64,000 nucleotides of DNA from an uncultured Gemmatimonadales bacterium (GTDB lineage: Bacteria; Gemmatimonadota; Gemmatimonadetes; Longimicrobiales; RSA9): NCBI GenBank assembly GCA_963816355.1, contig CAWFKH010000003.1, positions 768,001-832,000 of the forward strand, read 5' to 3'. The notes under the pieces are model-generated. The model ran no database searches. It was given only the letters and a program-made list of their open reading frames with translations, and had not been told where the DNA came from. The position numbers and the translations under genes are program-made. Position 1 is the first letter of the stretch; each line of letters begins with the position of its first letter. Positions 34,748 to 44,524 of this stretch are shown here, one piece after another.

Positions 34748-35119
34748 GTGGCAACTACACAGAAGGGCCCGCATCCACGCCGGCGCGCGCTGGACATGCA
34801 ACGCGAGATCCGCGCCTTCCTCGACGACCACCCGGACGGCTGGAGCCATCAGGCGTGGAGCGGTTTTCTCGACCGTCTGCGCGCGGAGGGCTACGACACC
34901 AGCGATCCGGACGCGATCGGCCACCGACTCGAGGGAGCGCGCCTCGCCCGCTTCCTCGAGCACCTCGGCGTGCACGGCCTCGGCCCCCGCCGTCGTGAGG
35001 CGCTCGTGGACCGCTTCGGCACCCTCTGGAAGCTGCGCCATGCCGGCGAGGAGGAGATCGGCGGCACGCCGGGAATCACCGCTCCCCTCGCGCGCGAGAT
35101 CCGCGGCGCCCTCGGCTGA
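34748..35119 (+). CDS. small protein with C-terminal helix-hairpin-helix motifs (start may be ATG 34796)
   Basis: GVHGLGPRRREALVDRFGTLWKLRHAGEEEIGGTPGIT resembles the UvrC C-terminal (HhH)2 domain. Confidence 0.7.
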   Translation: MATTQKGPHPRRRALDMQREIRAFLDDHPDGWSHQAWSGFLDRLRAEGYDTSDPDAIGHRLEGARLARFLEHLGVHGLGPRRREALVDRFGTLWKLRHAGEEEIGGTPGITAPLAREIRGALG

Positions 35120-35359
35120 GCGCCGGGCCGCCTTCGGCCCCTGCCGCGGTGCCGCCGGCCGGGCACCGCGGTCCGCTGGCGAGCGCTTCGCGGCGGCGCC
35201 CTCGGCGGAGCCTCGCCAGGGCGCCGCGGGCGTCGGTGCCCGCCGGTTGCTGGCGCCGCGCGGCGTCGTTTACTTTCCCCACGTCCGCGGCCGCTTTCGG
35301 CGGCCGACGCGATCCCTGGCAGAGCCCCGACCGCCGCCGCGGTCCGAACCGGTGAGACG

Positions 35360-37297
35360 ATGAGCGCCGCGACCGACGAGATGATCCGGGTCACCCTCCC
35401 GGACGGCAAGGTGATCGAGGTGCCGCGCGGCGCCACCGCCCGCGACGTGGCCGAGCGCATCGGCCCCGGCCTGGCCCGTGCGGCGCTCGCGGCGCGTGTG
35501 GACGGGCGTGTCGTGGACCTGTTCCAGCCGATCGAGCGAGACGTGTCGCTCGCCATCCTCACCGAGCGCGATCCGCAGGCGCTCGACGTGCTGCGCCACT
35601 CCGCGGCGCACGTGCTGGCGGCCGCCGTTCGGGAGGTGCGGCCGGGCGCCGGCATCGGCTTCGGGCCGGCGATCGAGGATGGCTTCTACTACGACTTCGA
35701 GGTCGAGGAGCCGTTCACGCCGGAGGAGCTCGAGCGGATCGAGGAGCGCATGCGCGGCATCGGCGCGCGCGACGAGCCGTTCGAGCGGCGCGCCGTCACG
35801 AAGGAGGAGGCCCGGCGCCTGTTCGCCGACGACCCGCTCAAGCTCGAGCGGCTCGAGGAGCTGGGCGACGACGAGGTGATCACCGTCTACCGCAACGGCC
35901 CCTTCCTCGACCTCTGCCGCGGTCCGCACGTGCCCTCCACCGGGCGCGTGCGCAGCGTCAAGCTGCTCTCGACCGCCGGCGCGTACTGGCGCGGCGACGA
36001 GAAGCGCCAGATGCTGCAGCGCATCTACGGCACCGCCTGGTTCAGCGACAAGGACCTGAACGCGTACCTCGAGCGCATCGAGGAGGCGAAGCGCCGCGAT
36101 CACCGCCGCCTCGGCCGCGAGCTCGACCTCTTCCTCTTCCACCCCTTCGCGCCCGGCGCCGCCTTCTGGACCGACCGCGGCACCACCATCTTCATGCTCC
36201 TCGAGGGATGGATGCGCTCCACCCTCGCCGACAACGGCTACCGGATCGTCAAGACCCCGCTCCTCTACAACAAGGCGCTCTGGGAGATCTCCGGCCACTG
36301 GGGCAAGTACCGCGAGAACATGTTCCTCGTCCTCGACAAGGAGAGCGGCGAGCCGGACTTCTCCCTCAAGCCGATGAACTGTCCGTCGCACTACCTGCTC
36401 TACGCCTCGCGCAAGCACTCCTATCGCGAGTTGCCCATCCGCTACGCCACCCAGGACGTGCTGCACCGCAACGAGGTAACCGGCGCCCTCAGCGGCCTCA
36501 CCCGCGTGCGCCAGTTCCAGCAGGACGACGCCCACATCTTCCTCGCCCCGGACCAGATCGTGGACGAGGTGCAGCGCCTCGTGCGCCTCCTCGACTACTT
36601 CTACGAGACCCTCGGCCTCGCCTACACCGCCAACTTCTCCACCCGCCCCGCACAGCGTATCGGCGACGACGCCACGTGGGATCGCGCCGAAGCCGACCTC
36701 CGCAGCGCGCTCGAAGCCACCGGCCTCGACTACGAGGAGAAGGCCGGCGAGGGCGCCTTCTACGGACCCAAGATCGACTTCGACGTCGCCGACTCGCTCG
36801 GCCGCAAGTGGCAGCTCGGCACGATCCAGCTCGACTACGGCAATCCGGAACGCTTCGACCTCACCTACGCGGGCGAAGACAACCACGAGCACCGGCCCGT
36901 CGTCATCCACCGCGCCATCTTCGGCTCCTTCGAGCGCTTCATCGCCATCCTCATCGAGCACTTCGCCGGCGCCTTCCCGCTCTGGCTCGCGCCGGAGCAG
37001 GTGCGCGTGCTGCCCATCACGGACGACGTCGCCGCTTCCGCACGCGAGCTCGCCGACGCGCTGCGCGACGCCGGCATCCGCGTCCATCTCGACGACCGCT
37101 CCGAGACCCTCGGCTACCGCATCCGCGAGGCGGAGACGCAGAAGATCCCCTACATGGCGGTCGTGGGGAAGCGCGAGGCCGAATCCGGGCAGGTCGCTGT
37201 CCGCCGCCACGGCGCCGGCGCCAAACAAGAGGTCGTTTCGCGCGATGCGTTCCTGGAGCGCTTGCGCGCCGAGGTGTCGAGCCGGGCCCTCGGGTAG
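35360..37297 (+). CDS. thrS: threonine--tRNA ligase
   Basis: TGS domain, RHSAAHVL, DLCRGPHVP, RDHRRLG, KPMNCP, GAFYGPKID, IHRAIFGSFERF. Confidence 0.98.
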   Translation: MSAATDEMIRVTLPDGKVIEVPRGATARDVAERIGPGLARAALAARVDGRVVDLFQPIERDVSLAILTERDPQALDVLRHSAAHVLAAAVREVRPGAGIGFGPAIEDGFYYDFEVEEPFTPEELERIEERMRGIGARDEPFERRAVTKEEARRLFADDPLKLERLEELGDDEVITVYRNGPFLDLCRGPHVPSTGRVRSVKLLSTAGAYWRGDEKRQMLQRIYGTAWFSDKDLNAYLERIEEAKRRDHRRLGRELDLFLFHPFAPGAAFWTDRGTTIFMLLEGWMRSTLADNGYRIVKTPLLYNKALWEISGHWGKYRENMFLVLDKESGEPDFSLKPMNCPSHYLLYASRKHSYRELPIRYATQDVLHRNEVTGALSGLTRVRQFQQDDAHIFLAPDQIVDEVQRLVRLLDYFYETLGLAYTANFSTRPAQRIGDDATWDRAEADLRSALEATGLDYEEKAGEGAFYGPKIDFDVADSLGRKWQLGTIQLDYGNPERFDLTYAGEDNHEHRPVVIHRAIFGSFERFIAILIEHFAGAFPLWLAPEQVRVLPITDDVAASARELADALRDAGIRVHLDDRSETLGYRIREAETQKIPYMAVVGKREAESGQVAVRRHGAGAKQEVVSRDAFLERLRAEVSSRALG

Positions 37298-37337
37298 GGA
37301 GGGCGCTCGCTGCCCCTCGCTCAGCGCCCTCCACGTC

Positions 37338-37366
37338 TTGACAAAGGACTGCTTCTCGCCTAAACT
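37338..37366 (+). promoter_or_regulatory. sigma70-type promoter of infC-rpmI-rplT
   Basis: TTGACA-N17-TAAACT. Confidence 0.8.
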
Positions 37367-37383
37367 CCCGCCCTTGTACGATG

Positions 37384-37530
37384 CGAAGCGGGGGGCTCCG
37401 CGCCTTCCCACCTTTCGGTCCGCGTTCGCGCGGCACTGCCGGGTCTGCGACGTCGTTCCCGCCTCGGAAGGCTCCCGGGCGGATCTCTTCGCGGGCCCGC
37501 GTGTGCGGGTCCGCAATTTTTGTCTCTTTT
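37384..37530 (+). ncRNA. ribosomal protein L20 leader-like cis-regulatory RNA with terminator
   Basis: AAGC-GGGGGGC..GCCTTCC-CACCT 5' motif similar to Firmicute L20 leaders; hairpin GCGGGCCCGC-GTGT-GCGGGTCCGC plus T tracts before the infC RBS. Confidence 0.65.
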
Positions 37531-37545
37531 CCGGGAGGCGTCGTC

Positions 37546-38061
37546 ATATCCACGGACAAGCGCGTACGCGTGAACCGACAGATCCGGATCAGTCCCGTTC
37601 GCGTGGTGGACGAGGAAGGGGAGCAGTTGGGGATTCTGCCCGTCGAGCAGGCGGTCACGCTCGCCGAGGAGCGTGGCCTGGATCTCGTCGAGGTGGCGCC
37701 GACCGCGCGGCCGCCCGTCTGCCGGATCATGGATTACGGCAAGTTCAAGTATGAAGAGGCGCGCAAGGCCCGGAAGGCGCGAAAGAAGCAGCACCAAGTC
37801 CAGATCAAGGAAGTGAAGTTCCGCCCCGGCATCGAGGAGCACGACTTCGAGTTCAAGATCCGGCACGCGCGGCGCTTTCTCGAGGAAGGCAACAAGGTCA
37901 AGGCGACGATGATGTTCCGCGGGCGCCAGGTCGCTCACGCGGACATCGGGCGCCAGGTCCTCGCCCGCGTCGCCGCCGTCCTCGACGACGTCGGCAAGGT
38001 CGAGAGCGATCCGGCCCTCGAGGGCCGCAACATGACGATGATCGTCGCGCCGCGGCGGTAG
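37546..38061 (+). CDS. infC: translation initiation factor IF-3 (non-canonical ATA start)
   Basis: RVNRQIR, LDLVEVAP..PPVCRIMDYGKFKY, KEVKFRP, MFRGR; GGAGG 7 nt before the in-frame ATA. Confidence 0.95.
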   Translation: MSTDKRVRVNRQIRISPVRVVDEEGEQLGILPVEQAVTLAEERGLDLVEVAPTARPPVCRIMDYGKFKYEEARKARKARKKQHQVQIKEVKFRPGIEEHDFEFKIRHARRFLEEGNKVKATMMFRGRQVAHADIGRQVLARVAAVLDDVGKVESDPALEGRNMTMIVAPRR

Positions 38062-38079
38062 CGATCGAATGGAGGAAGC

Positions 38080-38274
38080 ATGCCGAAGATGAAGACCAAC
38101 CGGAGCGCCGCGAAGCGCTTCCGCGTCACGGGGAAGGGGCGTGTTCGGCGCTTTCAGGCGAACAAGAGCCACATCCTCACCAAGAAGACCGCCAAGCGGA
38201 AGCGCCACCTGCGGGGCGGCGCGATGGTCGCGAAGGCGGACGAGAAGCGCGTCAAGCGCATGCTCGGAGTGTAG
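38080..38274 (+). CDS. rpmI: 50S ribosomal protein L35
   Basis: [22 protein letters not shown]. Confidence 0.97.
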   Translation: MPKMKTNRSAAKRFRVTGKGRVRRFQANKSHILTKKTAKRKRHLRGGAMVAKADEKRVKRMLGV

Positions 38275-38277
38275 CGG

Positions 38278-38634
38278 ATGCCTCGCGCAACGAACGCCGT
38301 CGCACGGCACCGCAAGAAGAAGCGCTACCTGAAGGCCGCAAAGGGCTACTGGGGTGCGCGCTCGAAGCTGTGGCGGATCGCGAAGAACGCGGTCGAGCGC
38401 GGCTGGGCCTACTCGTACCGGGACCGCAAGCAGCGCAAGCGCGAGATGCGCCGCCTCTGGATCACGCGGATCAACGCCGCATCGAGACAGCACGACGTCA
38501 GCTACTCCCGCCTCATCAACGGTCTGAAGCAGGCGGGCGTCGAGGTCAATCGCAAGGTGCTCGCGGATCTCGCGGTGCACGATCCGGCCGCGTTCGGCGC
38601 CGTCGTCGAGCAGGCGAAGGCGCACCTCGGCTGA
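38278..38634 (+). CDS. rplT: 50S ribosomal protein L20
   Basis: [38 protein letters not shown]. Confidence 0.98.
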   Translation: MPRATNAVARHRKKKRYLKAAKGYWGARSKLWRIAKNAVERGWAYSYRDRKQRKREMRRLWITRINAASRQHDVSYSRLINGLKQAGVEVNRKVLADLAVHDPAAFGAVVEQAKAHLG

Positions 38635-38754
38635 GTTGCGGGGTCGGCGCCGCGACCGGGCCGCGGAAGTCCCGCGGCCCCTCGCCCCCGTCCACCGGCG
38701 TCCTCTGCCCGCCTCGCGGGCCGATACGCCCGCCCCATCCACGGCATCCGAACG

Positions 38755-39780
38755 ATGACGCGCGACCTCGTCCAAGAGCTGCAGTCGCTCGAAACCGAAG
38801 CGGCGGCCGCCATCGAGCGCGCCGCTTCCGCCGATTCGCTCGAAGAGATCCGCGTCCGCTTCCTCGGCCGCCGCGATGGCCGCATCACCGGCGTGCTCAA
38901 GCTCCTCGGATCGCTCCCGCCCGATGCGCGCCCCGCCGTCGGCGCCGAGGCGAACCGTGTCAAGGAGGCGGTCACCTCGCTGCTCGAGTCGCGCCAGGCC
39001 GCGCTCGCCGACGAAGTCGACGCCGGATCCTCGCTCGACCTTTCGCTGCCCGGCCGTCGCGCCTGGCGTGGCGCCGTGCACCCCGTCCTCCAGGTGATCG
39101 ACGAGATCTGCGACGTCCTGGCCTCGCTCGGCTTCACGCGCGCCCGCGGCCCCGAGGCCGAGACCGAGTGGTACAACTTCGTCGCCCTCAACACGCCGCT
39201 CGACCACCCGGCCGCTGACGAGCACGACACGTTCTACATCGACGACGGCGTCGTCCTGCGCAGCCACACCTCGCCGGTCCAGATCCGGACGATGCAGGCA
39301 TTCCAGCCACCGATCCGCGTCGCTATCCCGGGCATGTGCTACCGGCGCGACCCCTACGATGCCTCGCACGCACCCGCCTTCGACCAGATCGAGGGACTCG
39401 CCGTGGACGAGGGCATCTCCTTCGTCGACCTGCGCGCCACCCTCGCCGAGTTCGCGCGCCGCTTCTTCGGACCCGACGTCCACGTCCGCTTCCGGCCGTC
39501 CTACTTCCCCTTCACCGAGCCGAGCGCCGAAGTCGACGTGAGCTGCACCCTCTGCCGCGGCGCCGGCTGCAGCACGTGCAAGGGGACCGGCTGGATCGAG
39601 ATCATGGGCGCCGGCATGGTCGATCCCGCCGTCTTCGAGCGCGTCGGCTACGACGCCGAACGCTACACCGGCTTCGCCTTCGGCATGGGGCCCGGGCGCA
39701 TCGCCATCCTGCGCTACGGCATCCCTGACATCCGTCTCTTCTACGAGTCGGACGTCCGCTTCCTGCGCCAGTTCTCCTGA
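38755..39780 (+). CDS. pheS: phenylalanine--tRNA ligase alpha subunit
   Basis: HPAADEHDTFY, LRSHTSPVQIR, RPSYFPFTEPS, GFAFGMG. Confidence 0.97.
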   Translation: MTRDLVQELQSLETEAAAAIERAASADSLEEIRVRFLGRRDGRITGVLKLLGSLPPDARPAVGAEANRVKEAVTSLLESRQAALADEVDAGSSLDLSLPGRRAWRGAVHPVLQVIDEICDVLASLGFTRARGPEAETEWYNFVALNTPLDHPAADEHDTFYIDDGVVLRSHTSPVQIRTMQAFQPPIRVAIPGMCYRRDPYDASHAPAFDQIEGLAVDEGISFVDLRATLAEFARRFFGPDVHVRFRPSYFPFTEPSAEVDVSCTLCRGAGCSTCKGTGWIEIMGAGMVDPAVFERVGYDAERYTGFAFGMGPGRIAILRYGIPDIRLFYESDVRFLRQFS

Positions 39781-39787
39781 GGCCGCA

Positions 39788-42190
39788 GTGAACATCGGCT
39801 ACCGCTGGCTCACGGACCTGCTCGACGGCCTCACCGCCTCGCCGGCCGAGGTCGCCGACCGCCTCGCCGCCTCCGGCGCGCCCGTCGACGACATCGTCGA
39901 CCTCGGCGCCGGCCTCGCCGGCATCGTCGTCGCCCGCGTCGACGACGTCCGCCGCCATCCCAACGCCGACCGCCTCTCGCTCTGCGTCGTGGACGCCGGC
40001 GGGCCCGAGCCGCTCTCCGTCGTCTGCGGCGCCCCCAACGTCCGTGCCGGCGGCCTCTATCCGTTCGCTCCCGTCGGCGCTGCGCTGCCGGGCGGCATGT
40101 GCATCGGAAGAGCCAAGATTCGAGGTGAGGTGAGCGAAGGTATGTTGTGCAGCGAGAGCGAGTTGGAGCTCGGCCACTCGCACGATGGCCTGCTCGAGAT
40201 CGCCGGCGACGCTGCGCCCGGCACGCGCTTCGTCGAAGCGCTGGGCCTCGACGACGCGCGCCTCGTCGTCGACGTGACGGCGAACCGTCCGGACCTGCTC
40301 TCGCACGCCGGCGTGGCGCGGGAGCTGGCGGCGTTCGACCTCGGCCGCTTGCGGCTGCCGGAGGGGGAGCGCTCGCTGCGGCTGGAGGCGGGGAAGTCGG
40401 AGTCGCGGGCCGCGGGTGTGAGCGTGCGGATCGAGGCGCCGGACCTGTGCCCGCGCTACCTTGGCGCCGTGGTGCGGGGCGTCCGCGTGGGTGCCTCGCC
40501 GGACTGGCTGCGGGGGCGGCTGCGCTCGATCGGGGTGCGGCCGATCAACAACGTGGTGGACGCGACGAACTACGTCCTGCACGAGTTGGGGCAGCCGCTG
40601 CACGCGTTCGATCTGGCGCGGCTGCGCGGGGAGCAGATCGTGGTGCGGCGCGCACGCGGGGGCGAGTCGCTGGTGACGCTGGACGGAGAGCGGCGCGCGC
40701 TGACGGATTCGATGCTGGTGATCGCGGACGCGGAGCGTGCCGTGGCCGTGGCGGGCGTCATGGGCGGCGAGGATTCCGAGGTGCGCCCGGAGACCACGGA
40801 TCTGCTGATCGAGTGCGCGCTCTTCGAACCGCGCTCGGTGCGTGCGACCCGGCGCTCGCTCGGGCTCTCGACGGACGCCAGCTACCGCTACGAGCGCGGG
40901 GTCGACCCGGAGGGAATGGAGCGGGCGCTGCGGCGCGCGGTCGAGCTGATCGGCCGCACGGCCGGCGGCGAAGCGGCGGCGAGCGTGGCGGACGCACAGC
41001 CGCGGCCGTGGACGGCGGCGCGGGTGCCGCTCCGGCCGGAGCGCGCCGCGCACCTGCTGGGAGTGCCACTCAGCGAGGGGGAAGTGGTGGCGCGCCTGGC
41101 CGCGCTCGGCTTCGACCGCGTGGAGGCGGACGGCTCCGATCCGCCGCTCTTCCGTGTACCCGGCAGCCGCTCCTACGACGTGACGCGCGAGGTCGACCTG
41201 ATCGAGGAGGTCGCGCGCCACCACGGCTACGAGTCTTTCCCGGACGAGCTGCGGCCGTTCCGGCCGAGCGCCGTGCCGGATGACGAGATGGCGCGACTGG
41301 AGGATCGCCTGCGCGCGCTGTTCGTGGGCCGCGGCTTTCTCGAGGCGCATCTCGGCGGCCTCGCGCCGGAGTCGGAAGGTGACGTCGCCCTGGTGCTCCC
41401 ACTCTCCTCCGCGGAGAGCCGGCTGCGCCGCGCGCTGCTGCCGGGCCTGATTCACCGCGTGGAGCACAATTTCGCCCGCGGCACGGGCGACGTGCGACTC
41501 TTCGAGATCGGCACCGCGTTCGCGCCTGGGGAGACGCTGCCGCTCGAGACGCGTCGTCTCGCAGTGGTCCTGGCGGGAGCGCGACGGCCGCCGCACTGGA
41601 GCGGACCGGCCCCTGCCTTCGACGTGTGGGACGCGAGCGGCCTGCTCGCGGAGCTGGCCGAGACGCTCGGTCTGGAGCCGCCGGCGCCGGCCGGCGCCGC
41701 GGCCGATCTCCCCGCCTACCTCGACGCACCACGCGCCTACACCGTGGCCGGTCCGTCGGTGGGGGTGGCGCCGGTCGCGCTCGCGGGCCCGATCGCCGCG
41801 GCCGCGATCGACGCGCCGCGCTGGGCGCCGGCGGTCTACGGTCTCGAGGTCGTGCTCACGCCTGCGATGGCCGAGCGGCCGCACGCGCGCTACCGGCCGC
41901 TGCCGGAGTACCCGGCGATCGAGCGCGACCTGGCGCTGCTCGTGCCGGCCGGCGTGAGCGCGGCCGTGGTCGAGGAGACGATCCGCGAGGCGGCCGGCGA
42001 CCTGCTCGAGGCGGTGCACCCCTTCGACCTCTACACCGGGGCCGGCGTGGCGGCGGGACGGCGCAGCATCGCCTACCGACTGCGGCTGCGATCGGCCGAA
42101 CGCACCCTCACGGACGAGGAGGCCGATGGCAGGATCGGACGCGTCCTCAGGGCGCTCGAGGAGCGACTCGATGTCGGCCGACGCGAATAG
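39788..42190 (+). CDS. pheT: phenylalanine--tRNA ligase beta subunit
   Basis: HPNADRL, VCGAPN, SEGMLCS..EL, NRPDLLS, INNVVDATNYV, RYERGVD, DLIEEVAR, C-terminal FDX-ACB domain. Confidence 0.97.
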   Translation: MNIGYRWLTDLLDGLTASPAEVADRLAASGAPVDDIVDLGAGLAGIVVARVDDVRRHPNADRLSLCVVDAGGPEPLSVVCGAPNVRAGGLYPFAPVGAALPGGMCIGRAKIRGEVSEGMLCSESELELGHSHDGLLEIAGDAAPGTRFVEALGLDDARLVVDVTANRPDLLSHAGVARELAAFDLGRLRLPEGERSLRLEAGKSESRAAGVSVRIEAPDLCPRYLGAVVRGVRVGASPDWLRGRLRSIGVRPINNVVDATNYVLHELGQPLHAFDLARLRGEQIVVRRARGGESLVTLDGERRALTDSMLVIADAERAVAVAGVMGGEDSEVRPETTDLLIECALFEPRSVRATRRSLGLSTDASYRYERGVDPEGMERALRRAVELIGRTAGGEAAASVADAQPRPWTAARVPLRPERAAHLLGVPLSEGEVVARLAALGFDRVEADGSDPPLFRVPGSRSYDVTREVDLIEEVARHHGYESFPDELRPFRPSAVPDDEMARLEDRLRALFVGRGFLEAHLGGLAPESEGDVALVLPLSSAESRLRRALLPGLIHRVEHNFARGTGDVRLFEIGTAFAPGETLPLETRRLAVVLAGARRPPHWSGPAPAFDVWDASGLLAELAETLGLEPPAPAGAAADLPAYLDAPRAYTVAGPSVGVAPVALAGPIAAAAIDAPRWAPAVYGLEVVLTPAMAERPHARYRPLPEYPAIERDLALLVPAGVSAAVVEETIREAAGDLLEAVHPFDLYTGAGVAAGRRSIAYRLRLRSAERTLTDEEADGRIGRVLRALEERLDVGRRE

Positions 42191-42497
42191 CCCCCCAGAG
42201 CGCGCGGGGGCGCCAGGCGGCGGCGCCGAATGGGACCGGCTCGAGCTGAGCGCCCGTCGCCTGCTCCAGGAGCATGCCGACTTCCGCCGCCGCGCGCGCC
42301 GCGCCGAAGCCCGCGTCGGCGAGCTCGAGGGCGCCCTGCGCGAGGTCGCCCACGGTACGATCGACCCGGTCGACCTGCAGAAGCGCTTGCAGAACGCAGA
42401 GCGCGAGAACACCGAGCTGCGGCGCCGCCTGAGCGAGGCGCGTGAACGCGTGCGCCGGATCATCGCGCGGCTGCGCTTCCTGGACGAGAGCCGCTGA
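42171..42497 (+). CDS. short coiled-coil protein (ZapB-like position)
   Basis: Heptad-rich sequence between pheT and zapA. Confidence 0.6.
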   Translation: MSADANSPPERAGAPGGGAEWDRLELSARRLLQEHADFRRRARRAEARVGELEGALREVAHGTIDPVDLQKRLQNAERENTELRRRLSEARERVRRIIARLRFLDESR

Positions 42498-42512
42498 GCG
42501 CCGGAGGCGACG

Positions 42513-42830
42513 ATGAGCGACGGGGAGAAAAACAGCGTCACGGTCACGATCGCCGGCGACCCGTACACGATCCGCACCGAGGCGAGCGCCGAGCACGCGC
42601 GCGCGTGCGCTTCGCTGGTCGACGAGGCGATCACCGACGTGCTCGGCCGTGGCGCGCTCGTCGAGGCGCACAAGGCGGCGATCCTCGCGGCGCTTTCCAT
42701 CGCCGACCAGCTCCTGCGCGAGCGCGGCACCGCCGAATCGGAACGCGACCACCGGGACCGTCTGGCGGGGCGCCTCGCCTCCGACCTCGAGGCGGCGCTG
42801 CGGGCGGACGATCTTGCATCCGGTGCTTGA
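42513..42830 (+). CDS. zapA: cell division protein ZapA
   Basis: VTVTIAGDPYTI, ASLVDE, AILAALSIADQL; pheT-zapA-rny synteny. Confidence 0.88.
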   Translation: MSDGEKNSVTVTIAGDPYTIRTEASAEHARACASLVDEAITDVLGRGALVEAHKAAILAALSIADQLLRERGTAESERDHRDRLAGRLASDLEAALRADDLASGA

Positions 42831-42951
42831 CCCCGGATACCTTCCAACATGCGGAACGCCGTGCCGGACGCGTGTTTCCAGCGCTCTCCGGACGGGTGAC
42901 GAATCGCATCGCCTGCCGTAGGCGCCCCCGCGCGCCTTTCTCGGAGTGAAC

Positions 42952-44517
42952 ATGGTGATTTGGGTCGTAGCGGTCGTGGCGGCAGCCGCGTCCGCCATTC
43001 TCGGCTTCCTGCTCGGCCGGCGGGGGGAGCGTCTGCGACAGCGACGCGCCCGCGCCACCGCCGAGGAGGAGGGGGAGCGCCTGCGCCGTGACGCCGAGGC
43101 GGACGCGGAGCGAATCCGCCAGGCCGCCACCCTGCAGGGGAAGGAAGAGGCGTTCCGGGCGCGGGAGGAATGGGAGCGCGAGGAGGTGCGGCGGCGCGAA
43201 GAGGTGGAGCGCCAGGAACACCGTCTCGAGGAGCGCCAGTCCGGCCTCGACCGCAAGTTCGACGTGCTCGGTGAAAGGGAGCACGCCCTCGAGGCGCGCG
43301 AACGGACGCTGGAGGAGCGCTCCGCGGAGCTCGACCGCGCCACGGACGAGCAGAGGGGCCTGCGCGAGGAGGCGCGGCGTCGTCTGGAGACGGTGGCCGC
43401 AATGACCGCCGACGAGGCGCGGCGGCAACTGGTCCACGACATCGAGGACGAGGCCCGGGCGGACGCGGCCAACACCGTGCGCGAGATTCGCGAGAGCGCG
43501 AAACGGGAGGCGGAGCGGGAAGCACGCAACATCGTCTCGCTCGCCATTCAGCGCATCGCCGCCGACCACACGGCCGAGAGCACGGTCTCCGTGGTGAGTC
43601 TGCCGTCCGACGAGATGAAGGGCCGCATCATCGGCCGCGAGGGCCGCAACATCCGCGCGTTCGAGCAGGCGACCGGCATCGACGTGATCATCGACGACAC
43701 GCCCGAGGCGGTGATCCTCTCCGGCTTCGACCCGATCCGACGCGAGACGGCGCGCTTCGCGCTGGAGCGGCTGATCGCCGACGGCCGCATCCATCCCGGC
43801 CGCATCGAGGAGGTGGTCGAGAAGAGCCGCAAGGAGGTCGAGGAGTCGATGATCCAGAACGCCGAAGAGATCCTTTACGAGCTCGGCGTCCACGGCATCG
43901 CCCCGGATGTGGTGAAGGTGCTCGCCCGCCTCAAGTACCGCACCTCCTACGGCCAGAACCAGCTCCAGCACGCCAAGGAGGTGGCGATCCTTGCGGGCAA
44001 CATGGCCAGCGAGCTCGGCCTCGACGCCACCCTCGCCCGCCGCATGGGCATCCTCCACGACGTCGGCAAGGGCCTCACCCACGAGCACGAGGGGACGCAC
44101 GTCGAACTCGGCTGGGAGCTGTGCCGCAAGTTCGGCGAGCCGGAGCCGGTGCTCAACGCGATCCGCGCCCACCACGACGAGGAGCCGCACCGCTTCCCCG
44201 AGACGTTTCTCGTCACCGCCGCCGACGCGATCAGCGGTTCCCGCCCGGGCGCGCGGCGCGAGATGTTCGAGACCTACGTGAAGCGGCTGGAAAAGCTCGA
44301 GGCGATCGCGCAGGGCTTCGAGGGCGTGGACCGCTGCTTCGCGATCCAGGCCGGCCGCGAGGTGCGCGTCATGGTCAACCCGGAGCGCCTCGACGACGCG
44401 GCCATGGCGAGCCTGAGCGAGCAGATCGCCCGTCGTCTCGAAGAGGAGCTGCAGTACCCCGGCCAGATCAAGGTCGTGGTCATCCGTGAGACGCGCGCCA
44501 TCGACTTCGCGCGCTGA
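42952..44517 (+). CDS. rny: ribonuclease Y
   Basis: N-terminal TM, coiled coil, KH motif KGRIIGREGRNIR, HD motif LHDVGK, AADAISGSRPGAR. Confidence 0.97.
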   Translation: MVIWVVAVVAAAASAILGFLLGRRGERLRQRRARATAEEEGERLRRDAEADAERIRQAATLQGKEEAFRAREEWEREEVRRREEVERQEHRLEERQSGLDRKFDVLGEREHALEARERTLEERSAELDRATDEQRGLREEARRRLETVAAMTADEARRQLVHDIEDEARADAANTVREIRESAKREAEREARNIVSLAIQRIAADHTAESTVSVVSLPSDEMKGRIIGREGRNIRAFEQATGIDVIIDDTPEAVILSGFDPIRRETARFALERLIADGRIHPGRIEEVVEKSRKEVEESMIQNAEEILYELGVHGIAPDVVKVLARLKYRTSYGQNQLQHAKEVAILAGNMASELGLDATLARRMGILHDVGKGLTHEHEGTHVELGWELCRKFGEPEPVLNAIRAHHDEEPHRFPETFLVTAADAISGSRPGARREMFETYVKRLEKLEAIAQGFEGVDRCFAIQAGREVRVMVNPERLDDAAMASLSEQIARRLEEELQYPGQIKVVVIRETRAIDFAR

Positions 44518-44524
44518 GATCGCG

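Noticed and set aside
42831..42951. 6S RNA (ssrS), often found downstream of zapA
   Set aside because: The gap is only about 120 nt and I could not see the long rod with a central bubble; it looks more like a promoter and leader for rny (TTGCAT-N18-TACCTT at 42814-42843).
39602..43525. Very long antisense or alternate-frame ORFs (1307 aa here; also 10329-12863, 37360-39795, 31296-33944)
   Set aside because: Arg/Ala/Pro-rich shadows of real genes, expected at this GC content, with no recognisable motifs.
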